Shown: positions 1 to 9,175 of the stretch, one piece after another
Numbering within the stretch: the stretch's first letter is position 1
Layout of the letters: the number at the start of each line of letters is the position of its first letter
Assembly (NCBI GenBank): GCA_020632075.1
Contig: JACKGH010000001.1
Location: 857,778 to 921,777, forward strand
Source: Candidatus Nomurabacteria bacterium
GTDB lineage: Bacteria; Patescibacteriota; Minisyncoccia; Phycocordibacterales; UBA918
Direction of reading: 5' to 3'
Length of the DNA: 64,000 nt
Program-made: the position numbers and the translations under genes
Notes under the pieces: generated by a model
The model's input: only the letters and a program-made list of their open reading frames with translations
Told to the model about the DNA's origin: nothing
Databases searched by the model: none

Positions 1-2
1 TG

Positions 3-242
3 GTTGCAGGAGAACGTGGACTGTACAAACTTGCGCTTGAGCGTGGGTTTGCTCAAAACCCACGTGATTGGTGGTCGGAGATGCGAATCACTATCTACGG
101 TACGATCGAGTTTCGGTCGTTTGGAAGTACACCATCGGTGCCTGAGATCGAGAAGTGGGCGCGGTTTTGCCGCCAGTTGTGTCTCGACGCACGTGAATCA
201 ATCTCTCGAGAGTTGAATAGGGGATGGTGCTGGGGCATCTGA
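3..242 (+). CDS. 3' end of a carboxylate-amine ligase (GCS2/YbdK-like) CDS, truncated at window edge
   Basis: Frame-3 open from the window edge to TGA at 240-242. It is not in the ORF track because it has no start codon. The tail ...YGTIEFRSFGS... resembles the FGTxExR motif region of the GCS2 family. A hairpin terminator follows immediately. Confidence 0.3.
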   Translation, partial: VAGERGLYKLALERGFAQNPRDWWSEMRITIYGTIEFRSFGSTPSVPEIEKWARFCRQLCLDARESISRELNRGWCWGI

Positions 243-245
243 CCA

Positions 246-275
246 GTGGACGCGAGCTTTGCTCGCGTCCTTTTT
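246..275 (+). terminator. Rho-independent terminator (GGACGCGAGCTTTGCTCGCGTCC followed by a T-run)
   Basis: Perfect GC-rich inverted repeat followed by TTTTTT, directly after the partial CDS. Confidence 0.6.
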
Positions 276-523
276 TATGCAAAGAGAAAAGCCGCTTCGG
301 TCCCACCCGAGCGGCTCTCCCCAACAGAATTTGGGAATAATGCATTAATCCATAAAAGAACGTTTCCACCCCGACAAGACATGTCAGTATTTTGCTGCCG
401 AGGGAACGAACATCATACGGCTCTTCTGGTGGCTTGAAAAGTGAAGGGCTGTGAATAGTGCAATATTTGCTCAAATGTCAGAGTTTGGTAGGGTAGGAAC
501 ATACTAATGTAAAGATTTTAGGC

Positions 524-1636
524 ATGTTTGATCAACTTTCGGCTACCGCCATTACATCCTTTTTGCCAGAAATGATGTATGACCTCCCGTACTTTGGGGA
601 GACTGATATTCGTTTATTTGTAGCGTCAGGGCTGACTTTTGTAACACTAACGGTACTGTTTTGGGTGATCAGGCAGGTGGTGTTGGTGCGAGCGAAGCAT
701 TTAGCGCAAAAGACAACGGGTTCGTTTGACGACACGATCGTGCGCGCAGTAGAGGGTATTCGGGCATGGGTGTACACGCTAGTAGCGCTCTACGCCGCTT
801 TGCAGTACTTCACGTTGCCAGAAATGCTCGACAAGGTCTTCATGGGCGTGTTCATTTTTGCGCTTGTTTGGCAGGCAATCGAAGCTGCCATGGTGTTTCT
901 TGAGTACTTTGTTTCCACGTTTCTTGAAAAAGATGAAGATGGTGATGGAGTGGTAGATCCAAACGCAGCCACAGCTTCGCATATGGTAACGCTCATTGCT
1001 CGCATCGTGCTTTGGGCACTTGGCATCTTGTTTGTGCTCTCAAACCTCGGAATCGAAGTGACATCCCTTCTCGCTGGACTTGGGATCGGTGGCATCGCGG
1101 TGGCGTTTGCGCTCCAGGGCGTACTGAGTGACCTGTTTGCATCGTTCTCGCTCTATTTCGATAAGCCATTCCGGATCGGCGACTTTATTGTGATCGGTAC
1201 TGACAAGGGAACGGTAGAAAAGATCGGTATTAAAAGTACTCGTATTCGCACCTTACAAGGTGAAGAGTTAGTGGTTTCAAATGCGGAGCTGACGACTGCT
1301 CGGGTACAGAATTTCAAGAAGATGCAAGAGCGACGCATTTCAACGCAGTTTGGGATCACCTATGAAACACCGCAGGAACGCGTGAAGGAAGTACCGGGGA
1401 TTGTGCAGCGTATCTTCGAGGCACAGCCGAAGGCGCGACTGGATCGGGTACATTTTGCGAGCTTCGGCGACTCAGCGCTGATCTTTGAGCTGGTGTATTA
1501 CGTAGAATCGTCTGACTACACTGAATTCATGGATATTCAGCAGGCGTTTAATTTTGACTTGATGGAGCGTTTTGCGGAACTTGGTATCGACTTTGCGTAT
1601 CCAACACAGACGATCTACACCAAGGCGGTTGGGTAG
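524..1636 (+). CDS. mscS: Small-conductance mechanosensitive channel (MscS family)
   Basis: 370 aa with N-terminal TM helices, followed by the MscS beta domain (...GTVEKIGIKSTRIRTLQGEELVVSNAELT...). Confidence 0.8.
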   Translation: MFDQLSATAITSFLPEMMYDLPYFGETDIRLFVASGLTFVTLTVLFWVIRQVVLVRAKHLAQKTTGSFDDTIVRAVEGIRAWVYTLVALYAALQYFTLPEMLDKVFMGVFIFALVWQAIEAAMVFLEYFVSTFLEKDEDGDGVVDPNAATASHMVTLIARIVLWALGILFVLSNLGIEVTSLLAGLGIGGIAVAFALQGVLSDLFASFSLYFDKPFRIGDFIVIGTDKGTVEKIGIKSTRIRTLQGEELVVSNAELTTARVQNFKKMQERRISTQFGITYETPQERVKEVPGIVQRIFEAQPKARLDRVHFASFGDSALIFELVYYVESSDYTEFMDIQQAFNFDLMERFAELGIDFAYPTQTIYTKAVG

Positions 1637-1752
1637 AGGAATTGTGTGAAGCGCCCGAACTACACTCAGGGAATTAGCGACTATGCACGGGAGGGTTTGG
1701 CTGGGGCGCGCAAGGAGCGTAATGAGTCGAGTGTAGTTCGGGCGCTTTTTTG

Positions 1753-2841
1753 TTACCTTGCTGCCTGCTGCAACAAAGTCAGTAGAAATGGCGACAAGGT
1801 TTCAGCAAAGATCTCTGCGCGGTAGCTGAGGTTGCCGCCGAGGTTCTGCGCTAGACTAAAGCCGGTTTCTTGCTGAATGGTGCGTTCAATATGTGAGAGC
1901 GTGATAGCTCGTAAGCTGCCAGCCCCATCAGCTTTATCGTTGCCACGAGTTACGATGATACCGATCACCGCGCCGTCTGCATTGAGCACTGGGCCGCCAG
2001 ATGCGCCTTCTGCGCCGACCTCGCTACCACGGATAGCGATCACATCAGCGTAGTTAGAGCCAAACGTATAGAGTTCAGAAATAGTGGTGGTGGCGCGCTT
2101 CGGAATAAGATCGACACTCGCACCACGTTCGATCAGGTCGTGGGCAGGGTAGCCCGCTGCCAGCACGGGTTGCTCACGCATGGCGAGAGAAAGCAGGTTG
2201 CTGTCGAAATCGAGTGCAGGGAAGCGTGCTGGCAGCGGGCTATTATCAATAGTGTCGTTCACGTAGAGTAGCGCGTAATCTCGCTCGCCAGTTCCCATCG
2301 GCACGTTGTCATTCACGACAGAGGCATTTTCTTGCACCCAGGCTGGTGGTAGATAGAGTAGTTCTGCGGTGTAGCGTGGGGCGGCTGGATTGCCGTTGCG
2401 GATCACACAATCAGTGGTACCTGTTTCTTCTGTTTGTTCCATCAACAAGAATTGAGCAACATGAGCATTGGTCATAATGACACCGTCTGGATCAATGAAA
2501 AAACCTGTTCCCGTAGTAGTGCGAATGTATGTGTCGGTCGTGAAGGTACAAAATATATTTACGATTGCTTCAAGTGGCTCGCGGGTCGTGGCACCAGAAA
2601 GGCTGGCTGCCGCACCAAGGGCAGCTTGCTGATAGTCAGCGCTTTGGAGCAAGATATCAGGGATCAGCTGTCCGATCCGGCTTGGAAGAGAGGCAAGCCC
2701 AGTGGGCACTTCGGCTGGAGTTGATACGATCACGGTCTCTTCTGGGGTGACAAACCATGACTCGACCGCAACAGCGAGAGCGTTCGTAATGGTCATGTAG
2801 CCAGCCAGGATGGTTACGAGTACATCGGTGAGAAAGTGCAT
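1753..2841 (-). CDS. Membrane-anchored trypsin-like serine protease (S1/HtrA-like, no obvious PDZ domain)
   Basis: His motif GVIMTNAHV and Ser motif GASGGPVLN, with an N-terminal TM segment. ATG at 2841; an alternative TTG start at 2883 is possible. Confidence 0.7.
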   Translation of the reverse strand: MHFLTDVLVTILAGYMTITNALAVAVESWFVTPEETVIVSTPAEVPTGLASLPSRIGQLIPDILLQSADYQQAALGAAASLSGATTREPLEAIVNIFCTFTTDTYIRTTTGTGFFIDPDGVIMTNAHVAQFLLMEQTEETGTTDCVIRNGNPAAPRYTAELLYLPPAWVQENASVVNDNVPMGTGERDYALLYVNDTIDNSPLPARFPALDFDSNLLSLAMREQPVLAAGYPAHDLIERGASVDLIPKRATTTISELYTFGSNYADVIAIRGSEVGAEGASGGPVLNADGAVIGIIVTRGNDKADGAGSLRAITLSHIERTIQQETGFSLAQNLGGNLSYRAEIFAETLSPFLLTLLQQAAR

Positions 2842-3063
2842 GGTGATTTCAGTATAGCACTTAGCGTTTTCAGTGCAGACCAAAACGTGAAAGAATTGGG
2901 GAAAGTATTGACAAAAATATTTTTAGTAGTTTAATGTCTCATGAGTGGCAAAAAAGTGCAGAAACAGGTTGAAAAACAAAGCTGGTTTGCGCTATAGTCA
3001 CGGTAATGCCAGCCACTTGACCGGCAGTGTTCATTTTTGAAATGTAGTAATGGGGAGAAGAAA

Positions 3064-3255
3064 ATGTCTTCGGAAGAAAACAGTGCCCAAATGGGGGCCA
3101 CGGTACACCAAAGGGATTTCGAGAGTCGCCGCCATCAGTTCCAGCAGCAACAGGGGGTGCCGAAAGATCACATCACCTGTGTCCAGGCGTCCCAGTTCGC
3201 GGTTGACTATGGTGATATCACCGACGAGGACCCGAATGTGCCCAGCGATAACTGA
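3064..3255 (+). CDS. Small acidic hypothetical protein (63 aa)
   Basis: ATG preceded by the RBS GGGGAGAAG. No recognisable domain. Confidence 0.3.
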   Translation: MSSEENSAQMGATVHQRDFESRRHQFQQQQGVPKDHITCVQASQFAVDYGDITDEDPNVPSDN

Positions 3256-3327
3256 TACGGGCAGATGATCTACTAGCCGGCAAGCGCACCCAACGTTTGC
3301 CGGCAATAATTTTGCCTCAAAAAAACT

Positions 3328-3357
3328 TGACAAATATTTTGAAGTGTGTATAATATT
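3328..3357 (+). promoter_or_regulatory. Near-consensus sigma70-type promoter (TTGACA - about 16 nt - TGTGTATAAT)
   Basis: cTTGACAaatattttgaagtgTGTGTATAATatt. No protein-coding gene follows on the + strand before a terminator at about 3655-3690. Confidence 0.5.
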
Positions 3358-3695
3358 GCACAGTTAGTTCATTCCAGTTTCTGGGAGTGCGCTTAGAAGA
3401 CGAGTTAGAGAACTAACTTGCTCCGGAATCGACCCTGCGCTTGCGCTGTCGAATTCGTCAATAGCTGCACCCCATCGGTTTGGAAGGTAGAGTGCTCAGC
3501 TCAGCGACCCATTTTTGGGTACCGCCCGCGTAGTTTACGTCCGACGCCTCCTGCGATCAGAAGATGTGGAACATCTTCAAGAGCGCGGTCGAGTGCACGG
3601 CGTATCCGTGTGAAATTTTCACCCCTACGTGTTGAGCCTCCCTTCCTCCAAATAAAGCCCGTCTCTTACGAGATCGGGCTTTTTCTTATTTCGAG
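3358..3695 (+). ncRNA. Candidate structured non-coding RNA of unknown class (promoter-to-terminator unit of about 330 nt)
   Basis: Consensus promoter upstream. Several internal hairpins (gaagatgtGGAAcatcttc, cacggcgtatccgtg). Strong terminator AAAGCCCGTCTCTTACGAGATCGGGCTTTTTCTT at 3655-3690. The only ORF inside (3418..3729) is Arg-rich with no RBS. Confidence 0.35.
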
Positions 3696-3874
3696 CGGAG
3701 AATATAGATGTAAAACGGAATGGTGCTGAGTAAGAACAGAGCACTAATTGCGAAAAAAGCGTATTGATATGACGTTTGTTCGATCGTAAGACCAAGCAGG
3801 AACGTAAGTATACCGCTGAATACATTTTTAAACTGTCCTTGGACTGAGAGAAGGGTAGCTTTGATCTTGCTCAT
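3689..3874 (-). CDS. Small hydrophobic membrane protein (62 aa, about 2 TM helices)
   Basis: ORF MSKIKATLLSVQGQFKNVFSGILTFLLGL..., convergent with the ncRNA candidate. Shares its bidirectional terminator. Confidence 0.35.
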
Positions 3875-3957
3875 AGTACGTGAAATAAACCAATACTCAA
3901 TGGACTTGTCTGTGCAGAAGCGAGAATTCTACTCTACATATTGAGTACAATGAACAG

Positions 3958-4812
3958 ATGATATGGAAGCGAATGGGGAAGTGGCTTTTCTATGTCTTGG
4001 CCGCGTGGTTGGTAGTGTATGTGATTTTGGTGATCGTCTTTCGACCATCGCATGATCGTGATTGGGAGCTCGGGCATGAGCAGCTGCCGCATATCATCTA
4101 CAGTGCGACTAGCTCGCTCGTGACCATTGAAAACTACCGCAATTTTGAATGGACTGATGTCATGGCGGCTGCGGTGCGGTACGAAACGCGTACGTTTGAC
4201 CTAGATCAGATCACTGGCGTTGATGTGTTCATCTCGCACTTTGATGATTTTGAAGGGTTGGCGCACATTTTCTTGAGTTTTGGATTTGCTGATAGCGAGC
4301 CGGTGGTGGTCTCGCTTGAGACACGCCGGGAGTTTGATGAGTCATTCTCGCCGCTTCTGGGTATTTTGCGACAGTTTGAGATCATCTACGTGGTTGGCTC
4401 GGAAGCAGACATTGCTGGTGTGCGTACAGGCCACCGTGGTGAGCGGGTGTATTTGTATCCGACCAAGGCGACCCCAGAGCAGGCGCGTGATCTGTTCAAT
4501 GAACTGGCGGCAGACATAGACGATGTGTATGTGCAGCCGCGTATGTACAACACGCTCACACATAACTGTACCAATGAACTCACTCGACCAGTGGAACGGA
4601 TCTCAGAGGTTGATTTTCCGATCACGTGGAAGACGGTGTTACCTGGGTACTTTGATGAGATATTGTACGAAATGGAGCTGATCGATACATCAGCCTCATT
4701 TGTGGATGTGAAGCGACACAGCTTGCTCAATAATGACGAGTTGGATGAAAGTTCTCCGACCTACAGTGCGGATATGCGCTTGCAGATTACTGGTGTAAAC
4801 AAAGACCAGTAG
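3958..4812 (+). CDS. Membrane-anchored hypothetical protein (DUF4105-like?)
   Basis: 284 aa with an N-terminal TM helix followed by a soluble domain. No catalytic motif recognised. Confidence 0.4.
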   Translation: MIWKRMGKWLFYVLAAWLVVYVILVIVFRPSHDRDWELGHEQLPHIIYSATSSLVTIENYRNFEWTDVMAAAVRYETRTFDLDQITGVDVFISHFDDFEGLAHIFLSFGFADSEPVVVSLETRREFDESFSPLLGILRQFEIIYVVGSEADIAGVRTGHRGERVYLYPTKATPEQARDLFNELAADIDDVYVQPRMYNTLTHNCTNELTRPVERISEVDFPITWKTVLPGYFDEILYEMELIDTSASFVDVKRHSLLNNDELDESSPTYSADMRLQITGVNKDQ

Positions 4813-4816
4813 AGTT

Positions 4817-6652
4817 ATGTGGTGGAAAAAGTTACAAAAGCACAAGTATGTAGCCGGCACGGTCGAAGCAAGTGCGACGGTGTATCAGGAGTTTCAGAAG
4901 CGCCGCCGACAGCTTATCCGCATGTCATTGTTGTCGGCGGCGCTGACCTTCGCCAGTCTTGGGATCGTTGGCCTGCAGCTGTTCTATCCATTTCATCTTT
5001 TTCTTGGCATCGGCTTATACATCATCTCTTTTGTGCCATTTATTCGCCGTGTATATCTCAGCCGTGATACCTGGCGCAAGTATCACGCCTACAAGCTCAC
5101 TAAGAATTTTGTAAAGAAGGAGCGCCGACGTTTTGTGTTTGCGGTACTTATTTTCATTGCTATTGCGATTTTCTTCTGGCTTCGTCCGGTCGATAAGCAG
5201 CCATTTGATGGTATGACAAATGAGCAGATCGTGGCGCTGGTGGAAGACGATCTCTATCGTTCCGTAACCGCCATGGACTACCTTGAGACAAGTGGTAATG
5301 AGCTGTTGGAAGTACTCGCTCGCAATGATGCAGACAGCAATCAAACCGAAGACATTGACCTGGCCTTTGCCACTTTTCTAGACGCGGTCGCATACTCCGA
5401 ATCACTTACCGAAACTCATCGGTACTTTGCCGGTATTCCGTATGCAGAATGGGGAACACGAGTTGAATCCTTCTTGATCGCCAACAGTCTCTACGCAAAG
5501 AAGTACGAATTGATCCAGCGCATTATGATCTCGGTATCGGGGAGTGACTTCAAAAAGACCGCACTCAATCAGTACGTACCAGCCTTCGATCGAGCAAATA
5601 TCTACAACGAAATGGTGGTTCGTTACTTTGAACCAAAGACCCGAGTGCGTCTGGTTGGAGGGTATTTGTATCAGCAGCTGTTTGTCACCGATCGCAGCAA
5701 TGCTGACTTGGCATACATGCTTCTTCGAGATAAGGCGGCGGGAAGTTTTGACTATCTCCGTAGCAATGCCTTTTCATCAGTCCTGCATGCGCCTGAGGTG
5801 CTGACTGACAACGCTGAACGACGTATGTTTGAAGCGTGGTTCCCGGTGCAGAAGGGAGTGGCGACCGCAATGGGTCGGGCGATCCTTTCTACCCGCGGAA
5901 AAGAAGGATTGATCACGCCAGAGCAGGCGATCGCAATGAGTGAGCAGATGTTGCCGGGCGATATTATGTTGCAACGGCGTAATTGGCACGTGAGTAATGT
6001 CGGTATCCCTGGCTTCTGGACGCACTCAGCGCTCTACACCGGCACGCTTGAAGAGATGGATGAGTACTTTGCTTCAGAGTTTCCGTACGAGGGATATGAA
6101 AGTATGTCTGCCTACATGGCAGCTGAAACGCCAGTTGCGTATGCTGCATTCACAGAGGTTGCTGCGGCGGGTGAGTCGCCAAGCGTGATCGAAGCGATCG
6201 AGCCTGGTGTGGTCGCGCAGACGATCGTGAAGTCTGCCGATGCCGACTTTGTAGTAGTGTTGCGCCCTGAGCTTGCCAAACAAGACAAAATGCTGGCGCT
6301 TATGAAGGCGTTTGCAAACGCTGGCAAGCCGTACGATTTTAACTTTGATTTCAACACCCGAGACGCACTCGTCTGTTCAGAGCTAGTCTATGACGCATAC
6401 TACGAGCGTTTGCCAGAAAAGAATGGGCTGCATATGGAGACATCGTTGGTAAATGGTCGACCGATCGTTTCACCGTTAGATATTGCGACTAAGTACGTGG
6501 CTGAGCGAAATACCGAAGAACAGGAGCTGCGCTTTGTGTACTTCATTGGTAGCAGTGAAGACACTAAGGAAGCTTTCATGCTTACAGAATCAGACTTCGT
6601 TGATAGTCTTGAATGGAGTAAGTTCAGTTTCTTACAGACAGAGGTAGAATAA
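4817..6652 (+). CDS. Multi-TM protein with a C-terminal YiiX/DUF830-like permuted papain-fold domain (NlpC/P60 superfamily)
   Basis: 611 aa. Three or four N-terminal TM helices. C-terminal ...WHVSNVGIPGFWTHSALY... and ...DALVCSELVYDAYY... fit the permuted His...Cys arrangement of the YiiX family. Confidence 0.45.
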   Translation: MWWKKLQKHKYVAGTVEASATVYQEFQKRRRQLIRMSLLSAALTFASLGIVGLQLFYPFHLFLGIGLYIISFVPFIRRVYLSRDTWRKYHAYKLTKNFVKKERRRFVFAVLIFIAIAIFFWLRPVDKQPFDGMTNEQIVALVEDDLYRSVTAMDYLETSGNELLEVLARNDADSNQTEDIDLAFATFLDAVAYSESLTETHRYFAGIPYAEWGTRVESFLIANSLYAKKYELIQRIMISVSGSDFKKTALNQYVPAFDRANIYNEMVVRYFEPKTRVRLVGGYLYQQLFVTDRSNADLAYMLLRDKAAGSFDYLRSNAFSSVLHAPEVLTDNAERRMFEAWFPVQKGVATAMGRAILSTRGKEGLITPEQAIAMSEQMLPGDIMLQRRNWHVSNVGIPGFWTHSALYTGTLEEMDEYFASEFPYEGYESMSAYMAAETPVAYAAFTEVAAAGESPSVIEAIEPGVVAQTIVKSADADFVVVLRPELAKQDKMLALMKAFANAGKPYDFNFDFNTRDALVCSELVYDAYYERLPEKNGLHMETSLVNGRPIVSPLDIATKYVAERNTEEQELRFVYFIGSSEDTKEAFMLTESDFVDSLEWSKFSFLQTEVE

Positions 6653-6665
6653 GATTAGAAAGTAT

Positions 6666-6700
6666 AGACAAATAAAAATATAGTTGTATAATATTTACGT
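6666..6700 (+). promoter_or_regulatory. Strong promoter (TAGACA - 17 nt - TATAAT)
   Basis: gTATAGACAaataaaaatatagttgTATAATattt, upstream of a small ORF with a strong RBS. Confidence 0.45.
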
Positions 6701-6730
6701 CTACAACGTAGTTCTTATGGGGAGGTAGAC

Positions 6731-6874
6731 ATGTACATCTGGAGCGAAAGTGAGAAAAGACTTGTGCTGGTAACGCCAGTCGATGTGTACCAGGCAACTT
6801 TGATGGCCTGGGGTCTCGGGATGATGTTCTGGACCAGCTATCGCGCTGCTGCGCTCATCAATCAGCACAGTTGA
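6731..6874 (+). CDS. Small protein, 47 aa (MYIWSESEKRLVLVTPVDVYQATLMAWGLGMMFWTSYRAAALINQHS)
   Basis: RBS GGGGAGGT 6 nt upstream of ATG, consensus promoter upstream, and two hairpin terminators downstream (6888-6912 and 6925-6945). Below the 60-aa cutoff of the ORF track. Confidence 0.4.
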   Translation: MYIWSESEKRLVLVTPVDVYQATLMAWGLGMMFWTSYRAAALINQHS

Positions 6875-6936
6875 AGTAACCGAAAAGGCGCCGTCTTTCC
6901 AAGCGGCGCCTCGATCATATACGCCCTCGGGCGTTT

Positions 6937-7347
6937 TTATGTTGCAAACGGATCGTATCCTCGTTCGATATGATTCTGTAACGGCAAGAAGAGGGGGCTC
7001 GGCAGCTTGTTCCAGTCAAACCATTCCCACGCTTCACATTTTTCTGGCTCAAGGATCTCTGGTTGGCCTGATTCCCAGCCGGCAGTGAGAAGAAAAGTGA
7101 GATAGTGTTTATTTTCTTCAGTGAAGAAGTCTTCAGTGTACGCGGGTTTACGGATGTTGGTAATGGTTACGCCAGTTTCTTCCAAGGTCTCGCGCTTGGC
7201 ACAATCCTCAATCGTTTCCATGAATTCCAAGTGGCCACCGGGCGGACACCAGCTGCCTGGACCGTGTGCGTTCTTCCGTTTGCCGAGGAGTACCTTGCTA
7301 TCTTTTAGGATTAGTACGCCGACACCAATTCGGGGGATCTGTTCCAT
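6937..7347 (-). CDS. Nudix hydrolase (MutT-like)
   Basis: Nudix box GGHLEFMETIEDCAKRETLEETGV. Confidence 0.8.
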   Translation of the reverse strand: MEQIPRIGVGVLILKDSKVLLGKRKNAHGPGSWCPPGGHLEFMETIEDCAKRETLEETGVTITNIRKPAYTEDFFTEENKHYLTFLLTAGWESGQPEILEPEKCEAWEWFDWNKLPSPLFLPLQNHIERGYDPFAT

Positions 7348-7364
7348 GTCGTGAGTATAGCAGA

Positions 7365-7943
7365 CTACGTGATAAACGGATTTTCCATATCGAAGGTGAT
7401 CAGTGGGGTTTCGTTATTGATCACGTCCTCGGGTACGTCATATTTCTCACTGTAGAGCGTGGCAACCGAGCAGAACTTGGCGTCTGTCCAATCAAAGCCG
7501 AGTTTCTCTGACACTGCTCGCACTGCCTCTTCTGATGCGCCTTCTACTTCGACAAATGGCGGGAGAAACGGCCAGGTGTCGATAGTGACCTCGACTTCAT
7601 CAAGTAGCCAAAGTTCACGCTTCGTTTCTTGGTAGGCTTTGCGCTGGCAGCCGATAGTACCGAGGAAGGTTTCCGCTTCTTCGTAGCTATCGACCGTGAG
7701 ACATGATTCTTTCTGGTCTTCGATATTCTCACCATCGACCACCTTTACACTCATAGTGATCTTATCGCCTTCGTCGCGCACTCGCATCCAGCCGCCAGCG
7801 ATATGATTACCTTCTGGTAGATGGAAAACCGACCGGCGCTGGGTGAATTCTGGTCGCTGTAGTGTTGCATTGGCAGCCTTGAGCTTGCTGCGCATGTCAT
7901 CTACATCGACATTGGCAAACGTTGCTTCGTATTCAATTTGCAT
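7365..7943 (-). CDS. CYTH-domain protein (triphosphate tunnel metalloenzyme; CyaB/ThTPase-like)
   Basis: N-terminal MQIEYEATF (the EXEXK-like motif) plus the size and charge pattern typical of CYTH. 192 aa. Confidence 0.55.
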   Translation of the reverse strand: MQIEYEATFANVDVDDMRSKLKAANATLQRPEFTQRRSVFHLPEGNHIAGGWMRVRDEGDKITMSVKVVDGENIEDQKESCLTVDSYEEAETFLGTIGCQRKAYQETKRELWLLDEVEVTIDTWPFLPPFVEVEGASEEAVRAVSEKLGFDWTDAKFCSVATLYSEKYDVPEDVINNETPLITFDMENPFIT

Positions 7944-7946
7944 AGG

Positions 7947-8399
7947 TTATGAGTGGTTAGACGGGTCAAATATTTCGGCTAGTTTTTTAACAGTTGGAAA
8001 GACGTTCATATTCTTTATGTCATCGTAGTCGACAAATTTTACACTCATGCATTCATCGGATGGTGTAAAGTTTAAATGCTCAACAGTTGTTTCGTAGACT
8101 GCATTCGCGACCCATAGGGTTTGGTCAATATTTTGATCAGTAATGAAGTAACTTGGGTTCTCAGAAACGGAAGTAACTGATAGGCCCATTTCCTCACCAA
8201 TTTCCCGTGGCAAGTCTTCTTGGGGTGTTTTTCCCCAGTCGAGTCCACCGCCGGGGAGTTCCCAGACGCCGTTCTTCTCCTCGCAGATAAGAAATTTATC
8301 CTTTGTTTCGTTAAGAATTAAGGCCTTCACGCTAACGCGGTAGTAGCCACTTTTTAATTCGCTCATAGTATTACTATTGTGAATGAATAATAGTGCCAA
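7947..8399 (-). CDS. Nudix hydrolase
   Basis: Nudix box GGGLDWGKTPQEDLPREIGEEMGL. Confidence 0.8.
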   Translation of the reverse strand: MALLFIHNSNTMSELKSGYYRVSVKALILNETKDKFLICEEKNGVWELPGGGLDWGKTPQEDLPREIGEEMGLSVTSVSENPSYFITDQNIDQTLWVANAVYETTVEHLNFTPSDECMSVKFVDYDDIKNMNVFPTVKKLAEIFDPSNHS

Positions 8400-8462
8400 G
8401 TACGCGTTGTCTCCGGCTCAGTATTCTGCCTAGTGTACCGGAAATGAAATAGAGGGCAAGTT

Positions 8463-9119
8463 TCACCGCTCTCCATCCCATTCACCAAGGAATTGCGCGA
8501 GATATTCTTCCATGTACTCATGTCGCTTGGCTGCGATCGCTTTGCCGGTTTTGGTGTTCATGAGGTCTTTGAGCAGCAAGAGTTTTTCATAGAAGTGGTT
8601 GAGAGTCGGAGCGGTGCTCGTTTTGTACTCTTCCTTGGACATGTGTAAGTTTGGCTTGATGGTTGGGTCATACAGCGCGCGGCCTTTGTGGCCACCGTAG
8701 TTGAAGGTGCGCGCGATACCAATGGCACCGATCGCATCGAGTCGGTCCGCGTCCTGGACGACCTCTAGCTCCGGCGAGGTCCATTTTTGTCCTTCAAGTG
8801 AGCCTTTAAATGAAATGTGTCGGACGATGTTCTCGACGTGCGTGATCACTTCCTCGGAGAGTTCGAGACTGCTCAAGAATGCGCGAGCGGTCTTTGGTCC
8901 GATCTCCTCGTCACCACCATGGAACTTTGAGTCGGCGATATCGTGGAGCAGGGCACCGAGTTCTACGACGAGCGTGTCTACATCAGACTCTTCCTTGGCA
9001 ATGTGCTGTGCGTTCTTCCAAACCCTGTAAATATGCCACCAGTCATGTCCGCCCTCGGCTTCGGCGAGGGTTTCTTGTACGTACTTAGCAGTTTGGTCGA
9101 TGATAGTTTGATTGTGCAT
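8463..9119 (-). CDS. HD-domain phosphohydrolase
   Basis: H...HD motif (WHIYRV...LGALLHDIAD). 218 aa. Confidence 0.7.
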   Translation of the reverse strand: MHNQTIIDQTAKYVQETLAEAEGGHDWWHIYRVWKNAQHIAKEESDVDTLVVELGALLHDIADSKFHGGDEEIGPKTARAFLSSLELSEEVITHVENIVRHISFKGSLEGQKWTSPELEVVQDADRLDAIGAIGIARTFNYGGHKGRALYDPTIKPNLHMSKEEYKTSTAPTLNHFYEKLLLLKDLMNTKTGKAIAAKRHEYMEEYLAQFLGEWDGER

Positions 9120-9175
9120 TGATTGAGTATAGCAGGTTGGGAATTTAATGAATTACAGCGTTGCCCAGCTTGATC

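Noticed and set aside
3358-3695. Assignment of the ncRNA candidate to RNase P RNA, tmRNA or SRP RNA
   Set aside because: By eye there is no GGAAAGUCCGGGC (P4), no tRNA-like GGUUCGAUUCC...CCA end with a tag ORF, and no GGUCAGG...GGAAGCAGC domain IV. Its class is left open.
3418-3729. 103-aa ORF inside the ncRNA candidate
   Set aside because: It is Arg/Cys/Pro-rich and low-complexity, with no RBS. It overlaps the terminator hairpin. This pattern is typical of a spurious frame through GC-rich structured RNA.
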